Shown in pieces: positions 25,291-36,260 of a DNA stretch of 64,000 bases; the first letter of the stretch is position 1; the number at the start of each line of letters is the position of its first letter. Origin of the DNA: Callorhinchus milii. Its lineage: Eukaryota. The notes below the pieces were generated by a model. The model did no database searches and was not told the origin of the DNA. It was given only the letters and a program-made list of their open reading frames with translations. The stretch spans positions 97,776,001 to 97,840,000 of the forward strand of contig NW_024704743.1 in NCBI RefSeq assembly GCF_018977255.1, read 5' to 3'. The translations under genes were made by a program, and so were the position numbers.

Positions 25291-27354
25291 ATTGCATTGA
25301 CTGTGCATTTATGGGTGAACAAATTAAGCATCTTAAGCAATAAAGGGACATTACTGGAGCCACTCCCTCTGACCATCATTTTATTTCTAATGCATTATTT
25401 AATCTATATCTGCTACTTTGAAGACTTGAATACAATGCTATCAGTTTGTTTTATATTCCAATCTTCTCATCATAAACACTTAAAGGTATGAAAACATTTT
25501 ATAACCTATTTTATGAATGAATAGATGTGCTGTAAATCTCTTTTTATATAGTAGCAATTTTTTTATTGTTCTCTGTTTCCTCACCATATGCCATCACTCA
25601 GCAGCAGGCTAGAGATTGGCTCCCAGGACAACAATAAGTTGTACTTATACAGCACCTTCAAGTGGGAAAGGCACTTTATAAGTAACTAGCTGTATCCATT
25701 TCAGCTATGCTTGCAACCAAAGGATTCAATATGGAATATAGATTGACACAAACAGATACATTTTATAACGAATAGATATGCTGTAAATCTCTTTTTATAT
25801 TACTTATCCTTGAAAGGTTTGATTTTCACTTAGGCATCTTTATATGATAAATATAAATGTATAATTTATAATCACTGGAATGTTCTCCCAATGTGAAAGG
25901 CGCTTTAAATTTTTTGTTGTTGCCATGGCTTAGCTTTGTCTGTGTTCTTTATTTTGTTCCCGCCGCCACTTGACTACATACATGCTCTGTGACACACAAT
26001 GCCACAGTGCCACTTTGACTTGGCTGCAACCAGGTGTAACTGCAGCAAAAAATGCAAAACTGAAATACATTTTAGGTCATAACTCATGAACAATAGGGGA
26101 TACCCGGAAACAAATATGTCCTTGTCACTCCCAGTTACAAAACCTTTCTGATGAGGTATAAATCATGTCTCTACATCAATCGGTTATTGAGATCCTTCTT
26201 GAAGCACCAACAGTCAGACAGAACCCATAAACTCTTGAATATTGGAGATCCTTCACCAATGCATTGACTGCAACGTCTCACATTTCACCAACAGTGAGGT
26301 CTACTCCCTATTCTACCAACCATGTGGTCTCTCCTATTTCATAGGCAATGGGGTTTAAATGGTGAATGGCTTTCTTACTAATGACTGAGCTGCAAACTGG
26401 GATTCCTTATAATAATAATAATCCTTGCAATCTTCTCGATGTCTCAAAGCGCTTCACAGAATAGACTGTAAAGTGAATTGACCGTATATTTGTGGGCCGT
26501 ATATTTGTGTATATTTGTGACCATATATTTCCTTCTAGTAACCAAAAGCATATCCCCCTGACCCATGGGCACTATACTCTTGAAATACATCTCATCAGAG
26601 CGCATTGTCTGTCAGTCTGTGGGAGGTACAGTACTTTCGCTACCAACAGTCTCTAACCGAGCATTATTCTGTTCTACATCTATTCTGAGCATTATTAAGG
26701 AATTCTGTTATAAATAGCTGCAATTTAAACTCTGATGCCCCTTACATTTCACAAATACTGAAGTGAAGTGAAATGCAGTGTGGAAACGATACAGAAGGCT
26801 ATTCAGCATTTTAAAACACATGCACAACTTCTTCTTGAAAAGTGATCCCATTTGCAGGCACAATTATAAGTTCAACATGCCACTGGGGAATGAATATGTG
26901 TGCTTTCTTTGCCATTGATTTCAGAAGGTAGAGCCTGGAATGCCAGAAGCCAATATATTAAAACCAAAGCAAAATAATTTGGGTTTTATATTTACAAAGC
27001 AAATCAGGTGAAAATTGAACAGTCTTTAATGACATTTGCATACCAGTGAAGACATCCTGCATAATAAATAAAAGGCTTATCTATTAATTATAACTCACCA
27101 TTTGCATTATATAGTGGAATTTAATATTTACTTCCTGAACAAATACATTCTGCCTTTACGATTTAATTTTTTGTCTTTCTGAAAGAAACATCTTTCAGGA
27201 CATGAACAACCACTCCGAAGCCTGACCTCACTCTAAATGCGTGGTGCAGTGACACACAGCTCTGCTTGCCTTAGTCTTCAGGCCATCTATTTGCATGAGC
27301 TCCTGGAAATGTATTCAGTTGCACTGTTTAGATTTGTGCATTAAACTTGCACGT

Positions 27355-27800
27355 TACAGAATGAGAATGATCCCTGGTTTTAGCAGAATCAGCTGTGAGC
27401 AACAATGAGACAAGCTAGGGATCTTCAGTCTTACAAGACAATGTCTCAGAGGGAACCTTATAGAGGTGTATAAAGTTTGAAATGGGATTGAAATGTTAAA
27501 CTCAGAATAATACATTTGGATGCACCAAGACAGTAGAACAAGAAAACACAGGTTTAGAGTTGTAAAGGGCAATTTCAGGGCAGACAGCAGGAAGGCTTTC
27601 TTTACCCAGAAGGCAATCAATAACTAGAAGGGTGGTGCCGGGTACAACAACTCACATTTATAAAGCGCCCTTCACACAGAAAAGATGGTTGAGGCCAGGA
27701 CACTGGATTCATGTAAAAATCAGCTTGAGGCTCTGATGGTAACGTAGGTGTTGAGATCAGATGGGTTGAAGGGCTTTCTTCACCTGGGCTAATCTTGCGA
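27355..27800 (+). mobile_element. Old CR1 ORF2 C-terminus and 3' end
   Basis: 'gatccctggtttt..aagctagggatcttcagtctt..agagggaaccttatagaggtgtataaa' resembles CR1 LGLFSL..RGDLIEVYK; 'tttctttacccaga' resembles FFTQR. Confidence 0.75.
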
Positions 27801-28303
27801 TAGGATGGGTTTACCCAGTGGCTAACTCAAGAGATGTTTTCACTCATTGGAGCATCAGCTAGTTTCCCGTCTGAATCAATATTTTATTCTTCCGAACAAG
27901 ATGTGGGTGAAAGTGATTAAGGCTTCTTTTAATCTTACATTTCCAAGCATTTTGAAATGGAATTTGCTGAAGGGACATCAAATGGAACTAAGCATCTAGT
28001 CACATCTAGTCAATTTAGTCATATGTTATCATGAATAAACATTCAAGAATGTTTTTTTCTCTCTTGTTCGTTCATATTCAATTTTCTTTCATTATTGAGA
28101 AGCTCTTCCACCCTTCGGTGAGTGGCAGGCCTGGAAAGCTAGCTGACTGCTCAGTGTCATTGCTGCTTCCGAATAGCATGAGAGGAGCTCAATGGGATAC
28201 ACCTTCCCTCGCCTCCCTCTCTGACATTAAACCATTGGTTTCTATGTGAGCACCCTCTTGTGGCTCAGGCTGAAAACTTGGCAACTGAGGGAGGTGGGTT
28301 CAT

Positions 28304-28571
28304 AGGCCTGAAATTTCACCTGCAAGACCATTTTCAATTGCTTTGACTTTGTCCTCCCTTTGTGAAATGGGGAACATCAATGTAAGTTGTATTTTGTTTT
28401 GACATTTAATATCACACCGAATTATGGGAATTTTTTAAATTCAGTCATACTTTGAAAGCCGATTTTCTGCAGTTTTTAATAAGAACTGGCTTTCAAATTG
28501 AGACTGAATTTAAAACAGTAACACAATTCAATGTAATTATAAAGACTAGTTCCAGGTAGAATTTCAGGCCT
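28304..28571. mobile_element. Palindromic MITE (non-autonomous DNA transposon)
   Basis: TIRs aggcctgaaatttcacctg / caggtagaatttcaggcct; internal inverted repeats ttttaaattcagtc (28433) with gactgaatttaaaa (28502) and tttgaaagcc with ggctttcaaa. Confidence 0.8.
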
Positions 28572-28599
28572 TGAGTGTTAAAAACAAAGTTGCCTCGAG

Positions 28600-29010
28600 T
28601 GTTGCCTCAACAAGGAGCTGTTGAGGCAAATAGCATAGCTGTATTTAAGGGAAAGCTGGATAATAATAATAATCCTTGCATTTGATATAGCACTTTTCAC
28701 GTCTTCTAGACATCTCAAAGCGCTTCACAGAATATGCTATAAAGTGAATTGACTGTATATTTGTGGGTGAAACGCAGCAGCCAATTGCACACAGCAGCGT
28801 CCCACAAACAGTCGTGGATTGAAAATGACCAATTTATTATTGTTTTGTTTTTTGAGGGATTATTTAGATAGGTACATGAGGGAGAAGGGAATAGAAGGTT
28901 ATGCTTGAAGGCTTAGTTGAGGAAGGGCAGGAGGAGGCTCATGTGGAGCATAAACACCGGCTTGGACCAGTTGGGCCACATGGCCTGTTTGTGTGCTCTA
29001 TATTCTAATG
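28600..29010 (+). mobile_element. CR1 3' UTR fragment interrupted by a SINE
   Basis: 'gttgaggcaaatagcatag..tttaagggaaagctgga' [SINE] 'tagataggtacatgagggagaagggaatagaagg..ggcctgtttgtgtgctcta'. Confidence 0.75.
28661..28864 (-). mobile_element. tRNA-Ala SINE, 3' half
   Basis: (TAA)n tail and body matching the short-form copies. Confidence 0.9.
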
Positions 29011-29954
29011 TAATAAATAATTAATCTAACAACAATTCATCACCCTCTGGTTACAATTTCCTTACTGGTATTTCAATGAAAAATATCCAACAACAAAAGA
29101 AGGCAATTCAGCCACTTGTATATTTTCTGATAAGAAAACAAAACCTATTTTCATTTGCAGGTCTTGAGACCTTCTGGCACAATGATATTAGCTATATAAT
29201 GGACCGTGTTTCTAAATTTGATGCTGTATCTGGTTAACACCAGTAAAAAAACAGAAGTTCTACCATAAAAGTGGGAAAAAAAATAGGATGTTTCATATCA
29301 GATTCAACCTGACAATAGTAATATTGAATCTGTCCTGAAAGATTACATTTTCCCACCAATGTTTGTATATGCCTCGTTACTTTTACTGCTGTGGGTTCAA
29401 TATGTGTTAGGCACCATCTGCCTGTAGATGATACATACCCACTGAACTAATTATTAAAGGAAAAATAAAATTGCTTATTCAGGTCATGTTGTTTGTAGAA
29501 CATTGCTGTGCATAAGATGGCTGCTGTGTTTGTCCACAAAATAGTCACACCATTTAGAGTATACCTGTAAAGCTTTTTGGGATGTCTTCCCAACATGAAA
29601 GGCACTATATCAAATGCATAGTCAAAGCAGATGTCATTTACTAATGACTATCCTCTTTGGGGCAGAAATAATTGTGGTTTCCTTGGAGTTATACTGGTTC
29701 CAAGGTGACATATTTGGCAACAGAAAGTCAGAATAGACCCAACTCTCTGTGACAGTCTCGGTCATCCAGTTCCTGAGCCAGCGGGTCTGCAGTACTCCAG
29801 GACACTGCTAACAACAGCCCAGCTAGCCTGACTCATTCTCACTCAGCTCCCATTAACCCTGCAAGCCAAAAGCCTAATGGGTAGGGCAGTCCTAGCTGGA
29901 CAAGTAACAGGAAAGCTTCTCAGACAGTGGTTTTAGCTGGTTAGACCCCAACCT

Positions 29955-30248
29955 GGAGCCCTGTAGCTCATTGGTCAGAGCACTCACCTTGCAAGCGAGA
30001 GACCTGGATTCGATTACCAGCTAGGCAAAACCTTGAGCAAGTTTCCTTACTCCACACGCCTGATAATAATCCCTCAAGGAAATAAATAAAATAACAAGTT
30101 GGTCACTCAATCCACGATTGTGGGACACTGCTGTGTGCAATTGTGTCCACAAATATACAGTCAATACACTTTACAGTATATTCTGTGAAGTGCTTTGAGA
30201 CGTCTAGAAAATGTGAAAAGCGCTATATCAAATGCATAGATTATTATT
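29955..30248 (+). mobile_element. tRNA-Ala SINE, short form, inserted in arm B only
   Basis: ggagccctgtagctca head through 'caaatgcatagattattatt'; absent from the matching site in arm A (~8230-8245). Confidence 0.9.
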
Positions 30249-30916
30249 CTATTAATATAACATATACTCTGGGATATACGCCAGAGTGCACTTTGGAGTA
30301 TGATGTGCCGGAGTCTTGTCAACCTTATACTCTCTGGAAATTGGGTAAGCAGGATATGTCCCTCCAGAGGGAGAGTGCACATTCCATTCCAACAATATGT
30401 CTGGGGTTTCCATGTATACATGGGATGCATGGTACTCTTAGTTTGATTTGGATATTCCTAAAAATGGGTTTACGTACGTAGAAAATGCTTGATATAGGAT
30501 TTGACTCAATGAAATTTGCCATTGTTACGCATAAAGCACTTTTCATTTCTATTGTCTCATCCATTCTCTTTTTATCCCATTTGTTTTGCTTGAGTTGTCA
30601 CTGATGCTTCTCCCAAAGATACAAAGACTCAAGAGATCAGACTATGCATGAAGAGAATTAAGTTAGGGATGACTCACTGTTTAAAGATGCTCATGAGTTG
30701 ACTTAAGCATTAATACACATAAATATGTACTTTGTTGCCACAATAAGACAGCCTGGATGATTGAAGAAAAAGACAGTGTTGAGCCTATGTTCAATTTGAC
30801 GAGACTGCATTCTTGAATGTCATTTTTACTACTCAATCATAATTTAAAAGAAATTCAATTTTCTATCCTTTTATTCAAAGATTTTAAAAATAATCTTAAA
30901 TTCAGTATTCAAATTT

Positions 30917-31437
30917 AGACCATAAGACCACAAGACGTAGGAGCAGGAGTATGCCATTCGGCCCTTCGAACCTGCCCCGCCATTTAATAAGATCATGGCT
31001 GATCTTATAATCTATTTCTATTTACCCGCCCTATTATATCCTTAATCCCTCTATCCTTTAGAAATCTATCAACCTCAATCTGAATATGTTCAAGGACTGA
31101 GCATCCACAGCCTTCTAGGGTAGAGAATTCCATAAATTCACTACCCTCTGAGTGAAGAAATGTTTCCTCAACTCAGTTCGAAAAGGCTTACCCTTAATCT
31201 TGGAACTATGACCCCTAGTTTTAGATTCTCCAATCAGGAGAAACAGTCTCACGTTCATCTACCCCGTCAAGACTCTTAAGAACCTTATAGGTTTCTATAA
31301 GATCACCACTAATTCTTCTGTAAGCTGGAGAATATAGGCCTAGTTTACTCAACTTATCCTCGTAGGTCAACCCCCTCATCCCAGGAACCAACCTAGGGAA
31401 TCTACGCTGCACCCCCTCTAAGGCCAGTATGTCCTTT
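30917..31437 (-). mobile_element. CR1 LINE 3' fragment, inserted in arm B only
   Basis: ORF QRRFPRLVPGMRGLTYEDKLSKLGLYS..GDLIETYKVLK; 3' UTR matches the CR1 at 58074. Confidence 0.93.
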
Positions 31438-33684
31438 ATTTGTGTTGAATTTCCTTATTATCCAGCCATAATAAAGAATATCAGCACACAGCATGATGAA
31501 ACTCGGTTGTGTTTTGATAGATCAGTGTTTATATATTAGCTGTCTGCAGTATACCAATCCTTTACTGGTTGGAAAACTAACAAAATTTTTGTGGGCGTTT
31601 CATTTCACTTTACAGTATATTCTGTGTCGTGCTTTGAGACGTTTTCCTGATTTGAAAGGCTCTATACCATGGAAGGATTATTATTATCCTTAACAGGTCT
31701 ATTTTTTGAAAACTACTTCTGAGTGTTTGGTTATCCCAGTAGAGTTGTAGTTTATGATAAATCACAGAACTGGGTGAAAACCAACTCTGATGCATTACAA
31801 CAACGACAAGGTGTTGTATCCAGCACCTTGGGACATCCTCCTGATGTGAAAGGGAGAATATAAATATATATATTTGTGTTGTATATGAAACTAAAATCTG
31901 AATTCGAAACATTTTTGTGTGATTTCTTGTTAACTTAGAATATACAGAAAATATATATACTTCTCTAACAAATTGAGAATTTGTCTGGTTCATTAAACTA
32001 AGTGGGACATCAATATATGGGATATGTTACAAACAATATTAAGCCTGTAATGACTTTGTGCAGTGCCATAAAGTAGTTTCGTTCAGTATTGCTGCACAGT
32101 GCATATAGTATCAGAAGCTCAATAATTCATGGAGTAACGCTAGACTTTCAGAGAAGAAATCACACCAAATTGCATTCACCTCTGTCTGATAATGAAGAGT
32201 GTTAAAGATCAGGCCAGGCAACACAATGCTATCCATTGTCACTTAAGAGCAGATACCATCTGATATTCCCTTCAAATTGTTCTTCACAGAGTAATTGAAA
32301 CAGAGTTTGATACAATAAGTAGCAAGATAAGTAAGTAACCTTTTCCAAAATAATAGCATTAAACAAAGTCCGAGGGTAAGATACTATAGTAAGAGCATTT
32401 ATATTATATTAGTAAGTTAAGAAGATAAAAAAATGATAGACAGATGCTGTATTCACACAGTGGCTGTGTATTGCTGCTTTAATAATGTTTATGGCTTTTA
32501 CCCATGCACACATCGAGGTAATATATAAAATAATGTTCACAGCACTGTTCGGTAATACTTGCACACAAGACAGGCTGAATCATACTGTGTCTTGTGGTTG
32601 TTCCCATGTAAAACATTGTGTCATTGAGTATCTAAAAGTGTTGGTTTATTTCATAAACAGGATGACATGCTGCACTTCCAACTAAATATTCATCGAACTA
32701 TTTCAATCTCATGTTCAGTACACTTTCACTTCAGTATTAGGAGCATCCAGTGGAAGCTAATGGTCTTGAACGGCTCATTGTAAATACATTTCACTTCCTT
32801 CAGAAGAAAGAAAATCAATGGACTGAAAAATACAAGATGCAAAGGAAGTTTTAAATTGCATTTAAATTACAATAAAAAATTCACAACTTCATTTATCGCA
32901 ATGGTTATGCAGACACAGGAGCTTAATAATAATGATCCTTACATTTGATATAGCACCTTTCACATCGGGAGGATGTCCCAAAGTGCTTCACAGGATTTAC
33001 TGCAAAGTGTATTGACTGTGTATTTTGATGATGAAGATTGTAACTAACTTGCATTGTTCCACAAACAACTATGGAGTGAATAGTTGGCCCTTGACTAATT
33101 TAATTTACAAGGAATGTACAGCACAGAAACTTAAAGTTTCGAGTTTAAAGTTTTTAACCTGCTGCATCATTTAGCATAATGAATATATAGTCTGTTTTTT
33201 GCGAAGTGAGTTTAGTTGTAAAAGTTTGCTTTGTTTTCCCCTTCTGTATCCAACTAGTTCTTTTATATTCTGGCAATGGGAAAACACACTTCGTACATTA
33301 ATCCTGATAATTTTGCCCTAGCAACGGGAAAGCCAGCATCAATCCTTTATGTCTAGACTGAACTAGAGTGGAAATAAAGCCTGGAGGGAAATACTTTCTG
33401 ATCAAACTCCACTGCCTGTATATGTAGATAAAAAAGATTGTTATATAAGTATTTTTTCTTTCAGTGAGGAATGCTTGCCTAGTCCTGGCAGAGATTACTC
33501 CAGTGATGGCTGATACAGGAAACAGCAGACTGGGCCCTAGAGCAGCTCTATTGTGTTTAACAGGAGAAACATTCAAATTAAAGACTAACAGTATTTCCCT
33601 TTTATTTTCACTGAGCTTGAATATTTTACTTTGTTGAGTGGAATCTCAATGTTTTGTGTGATAATTATTATTGATAATTTAACT

Positions 33685-33885
33685 TTGGAACTCCCTCCCT
33701 CAACCCCTTCGCCTTGCCCCCTCCCTCCCCATTTTCAGGTCATGCCTGAAGACCTTCCTCTTCGACTGCGCCTACGGTCATCTTCCCCCCCCCCTCCGGC
33801 TCAGTCTCAGGCTCCACCATTGTTCAGCGCTCTGAGATGCCGCCCGGTGTGGAGGGCGCTATATAAATGCAAGTTGTTGTTGTTG
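33685..33885 (+). mobile_element. L2 3' end
   Basis: 'gaagaccttcctcttcgactgcgcc..cagcgctctgagatgccgcccggtgtggagggcgctatataaatgcaagttgttgttgttg'. Confidence 0.88.
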
Positions 33886-34329
33886 ATGATGATAATTAAC
33901 TAGAGTTGCAGTCAAACCAATTGATAATTGCAAAGGACTTTTTTTCAAATGTAAGGATTATTTTTATAATTCCCTCCCCAGTAACGTCAACTATGCTGTG
34001 TTGTTACCGAAGCTGATAGAAGAGAATGTTTGACTCTAACCCAGAGATCACAAGATTGGTTTGGATAAGAAGGTCCTTTGGCTCACTTGAACTCATCCTT
34101 TCAGAACGCCCATCCTTCTGTTCTCCTAATACTTCCTGGGGTCTGTCCTCAGTTAACTCTAGATAATTATTTGGGGAGGACAAGCTTTCAGGGCTATGGG
34201 GAGAGAGCAGGGGAGTGGGATTGATTTGAATAGCTCTTTTCAAAGAGCCAGCACAGACACAATGGGCCAAATGGCCTCCTACTGTGCTTTTTTTTTTGGT
34301 AAGTGTTGTTCTGGGTTTACTTTATCAAT

Positions 34330-35660
34330 ACCATTTCTAATTTATATACCTGTATAAGTTCTCTTCTGACAAATCTCTTTTCAGCACTGTCTAGCTTGCC
34401 TAACCATTCCTCATTCCTCTAACACTGGGGATCATCCTTGTTGCTTTCCTCTGCACTGGGTAGCCTTCTTAGTTCAGCATTCGCTTTGCCTTCTTTACTG
34501 CTACCTCATAATATTTTGACGTGGTGAGTGACGAGCCAATTAACACTCTTAGGTCTCTTTCAGCTTTCCCCTTTGACAAGTTCTGTCCCATCCATGGAGT
34601 ACATATTGGCTGTCATTTATTAGGTTATTTTTATAAAAGTAATTTTCCGTTTTCTTTCTGATGATTGACTCCATCGGTTTTCCAATTATTGAAGTCAGGC
34701 TAATGGTCTGTCATTGCCAGGTATGGTTCTGTCACCTTTCTTGAAAAGAAGAACCAGATTAATTGCTTCCAGTCGATGAGAACCTCACCAGAGGTGACTG
34801 ACTCCTTCATAATGGCTGTCAGTGCTGCACAAATCTCCTGCCTTGACTCCCCAAGCTCCCTCACCTTTGCTACCTTCCTATCTTTCCTGAATAACCTGTA
34901 CTCTTATACATGGTATTCACTTTCACACTGGTCTCTGTAAATGTAAATCTTGCCATATTTTAATTACTGGTTGCCACCAGTGCCTGTAGTTCCACCATTT
35001 CATTTTGATTTCCTCTAGCATGTATATGTATAAATCTAATTTTATTACTTATCCTTAACCGCCCTGTATGGTTTTCTAGTCTTATTGTTGGCGTTTTCAG
35101 AGATCTTACTGTTTCGGGTCCAAAACGCTGACTGTCCAGCGCCTTGGAACGTCCTCCCGATGTGAAAGGTGCTATACAAATGTAATTTTGTTGTTGTTGT
35201 CCCGACCCAACTGTCCAGCACCTTGGGATGTCCTCCCAACGTGAAAGGCGCTCTATAAATGAAATCGTGTTGTTGTTGCTGCTGTTGTACTGTTTTTGAT
35301 TTAGATATTTTCCCTATTCATGGTCTGTTTTGTTTTCCCTTTATTCTTAACTTTCACTCTTCTCATCTCTTCCTGATGATCAAAAGATCTGAACTCCTTA
35401 ATGACTACTATAGCGTTCCCTTCAAATCTAATTTAAATGAAACCCAATTGCTGCTATTATATTTCTGTGCCAGCAGTTTAGGCTCCCATTCAGATAACTG
35501 TAACCATCCTTCCTATAAATACTTTGTCTACTTGAAAAATGTCCCCAGTTATCTATAAACTCAATTTCCTCCTTCACACACAATTTTTCTAACCAGTGAT
35601 TGAAGTTAATTATCCTGCTCAAGCTTTCCACACTCACAGACAATACAGGGAGAAATCATA
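34330..35660 (-). mobile_element. Highly decayed CR1-type LINE: ORF2 RT remnants plus an ORF1 SGNH-esterase remnant (35428-35650)
   Basis: 34690-34790 resembles VP.DWK..FKKGD..RPLA.LTS; ORF 35428-35643 SRIINFNHWLEKLCVKEEIEFIDNWGHF..YRKDG matches the C-terminal part of the esterase domain of CR1/L2 ORF1. Confidence 0.65.
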
Positions 35661-35882
35661 TTCTTTAAACCTACTCACCGGGGTATGGAAGTGAACAGGA
35701 GAGGGGATTAGCAGGGGTGGAGGCTCAATGTGGAGTATAAACACCGGCATGGACTAGTTGGGCTGAACAGTCTGTTTGGGTACTATAACAATCCATGGAA
35801 TTCTATGAAATGTTCTGGGTATTTCTCAGATATTACCCTTTCTCAAAACCAGTGAAATTCCCCCTCTTGTTGGGAACAATAG

Positions 35883-36260
35883 ATGGAGGTGCAAATTGTC
35901 GTCGGTAGTGCCAGGCTAACGGGTGAAACCTTGTTACCCATTGAAAACATCATCATAAAGTCCACTCGTAGCTTCAGTATTAATATGAAGTCCTCTAGCA
36001 GCTTCAGCAATACCATGGAGTCTAATAACAGTTTCAGTAATAGCATGGAGTCTAATAACAGTTTCATTAATAACATGGAGTCCACCAGCAGCTTCAGTAA
36101 TAATGTGAAGTCTGCTAACAACTTCCGTAATAACAATGAGTTATTCAGTAACAATAATGACATCCTTAGATCGGGTGAGGTAGGAAGGAAGAGGAAAGGT
36201 TTCAGAATTATTGATCGGTTTGATCACAATATCAATCCGTGTGATCGTTATTGCGGGTGA
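35883..36260 (+). CDS. Candidate orphan ORF (125 aa) with six Ser/Asn-rich decapeptide repeats; product unknown
   Basis: ATG...TGA with unique N- and C-terminal parts, six in-frame 30-bp units without indels, basic RKRK patch; no family recognised. Confidence 0.35.
   Translation: MEVQIVVGSARLTGETLLPIENIIIKSTRSFSINMKSSSSFSNTMESNNSFSNSMESNNSFINNMESTSSFSNNVKSANNFRNNNELFSNNNDILRSGEVGRKRKGFRIIDRFDHNINPCDRYCG
35955..36134. repeat. Tandem repeat, six 30-bp units
   Basis: Units such as atgaagtcctctagcagcttcagcaatacc / atggagtctaataacagtttcagtaatagc / atggagtccaccagcagcttcagtaataat. Confidence 0.9.

Larger units (their letters stand above)
29755..31687 (-). repeat. Arm B of the inverted duplication (partner 7180-8506), interrupted by a SINE and a CR1
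   Basis: Matches arm A on both sides of each insertion; for example 'ctcactcagctcccattaaccctgcaagccaaaagcctaatgg' is the reverse complement of ~8333-8375. Confidence 0.93.

Noticed and set aside
26075..26230. Helentron/DINE-like internal motifs and a CTGATGAG hammerhead-like word
   Set aside because: No terminal hairpin or subterminal repeats found, and no stem II plus GAAA after CTGATGA
7180..31687. Polinton/Maverick or other giant transposon defined by the inverted arms
   Set aside because: The size would fit, but the interior has no polymerase, integrase, capsid or transposase ORFs, no characteristic termini are visible, and the outer ends coincide with a SINE tail
35955..36134. CRISPR-like array
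   Set aside because: Contiguous 30-bp tandem units without unique spacers, in eukaryotic DNA with no cas genes
35843..36163. Minus-strand Leu-rich 106-aa ORF as the real protein
   Set aside because: It is the expected shadow frame of the Ser/Asn repeat and implausibly hydrophobic; not formally excluded
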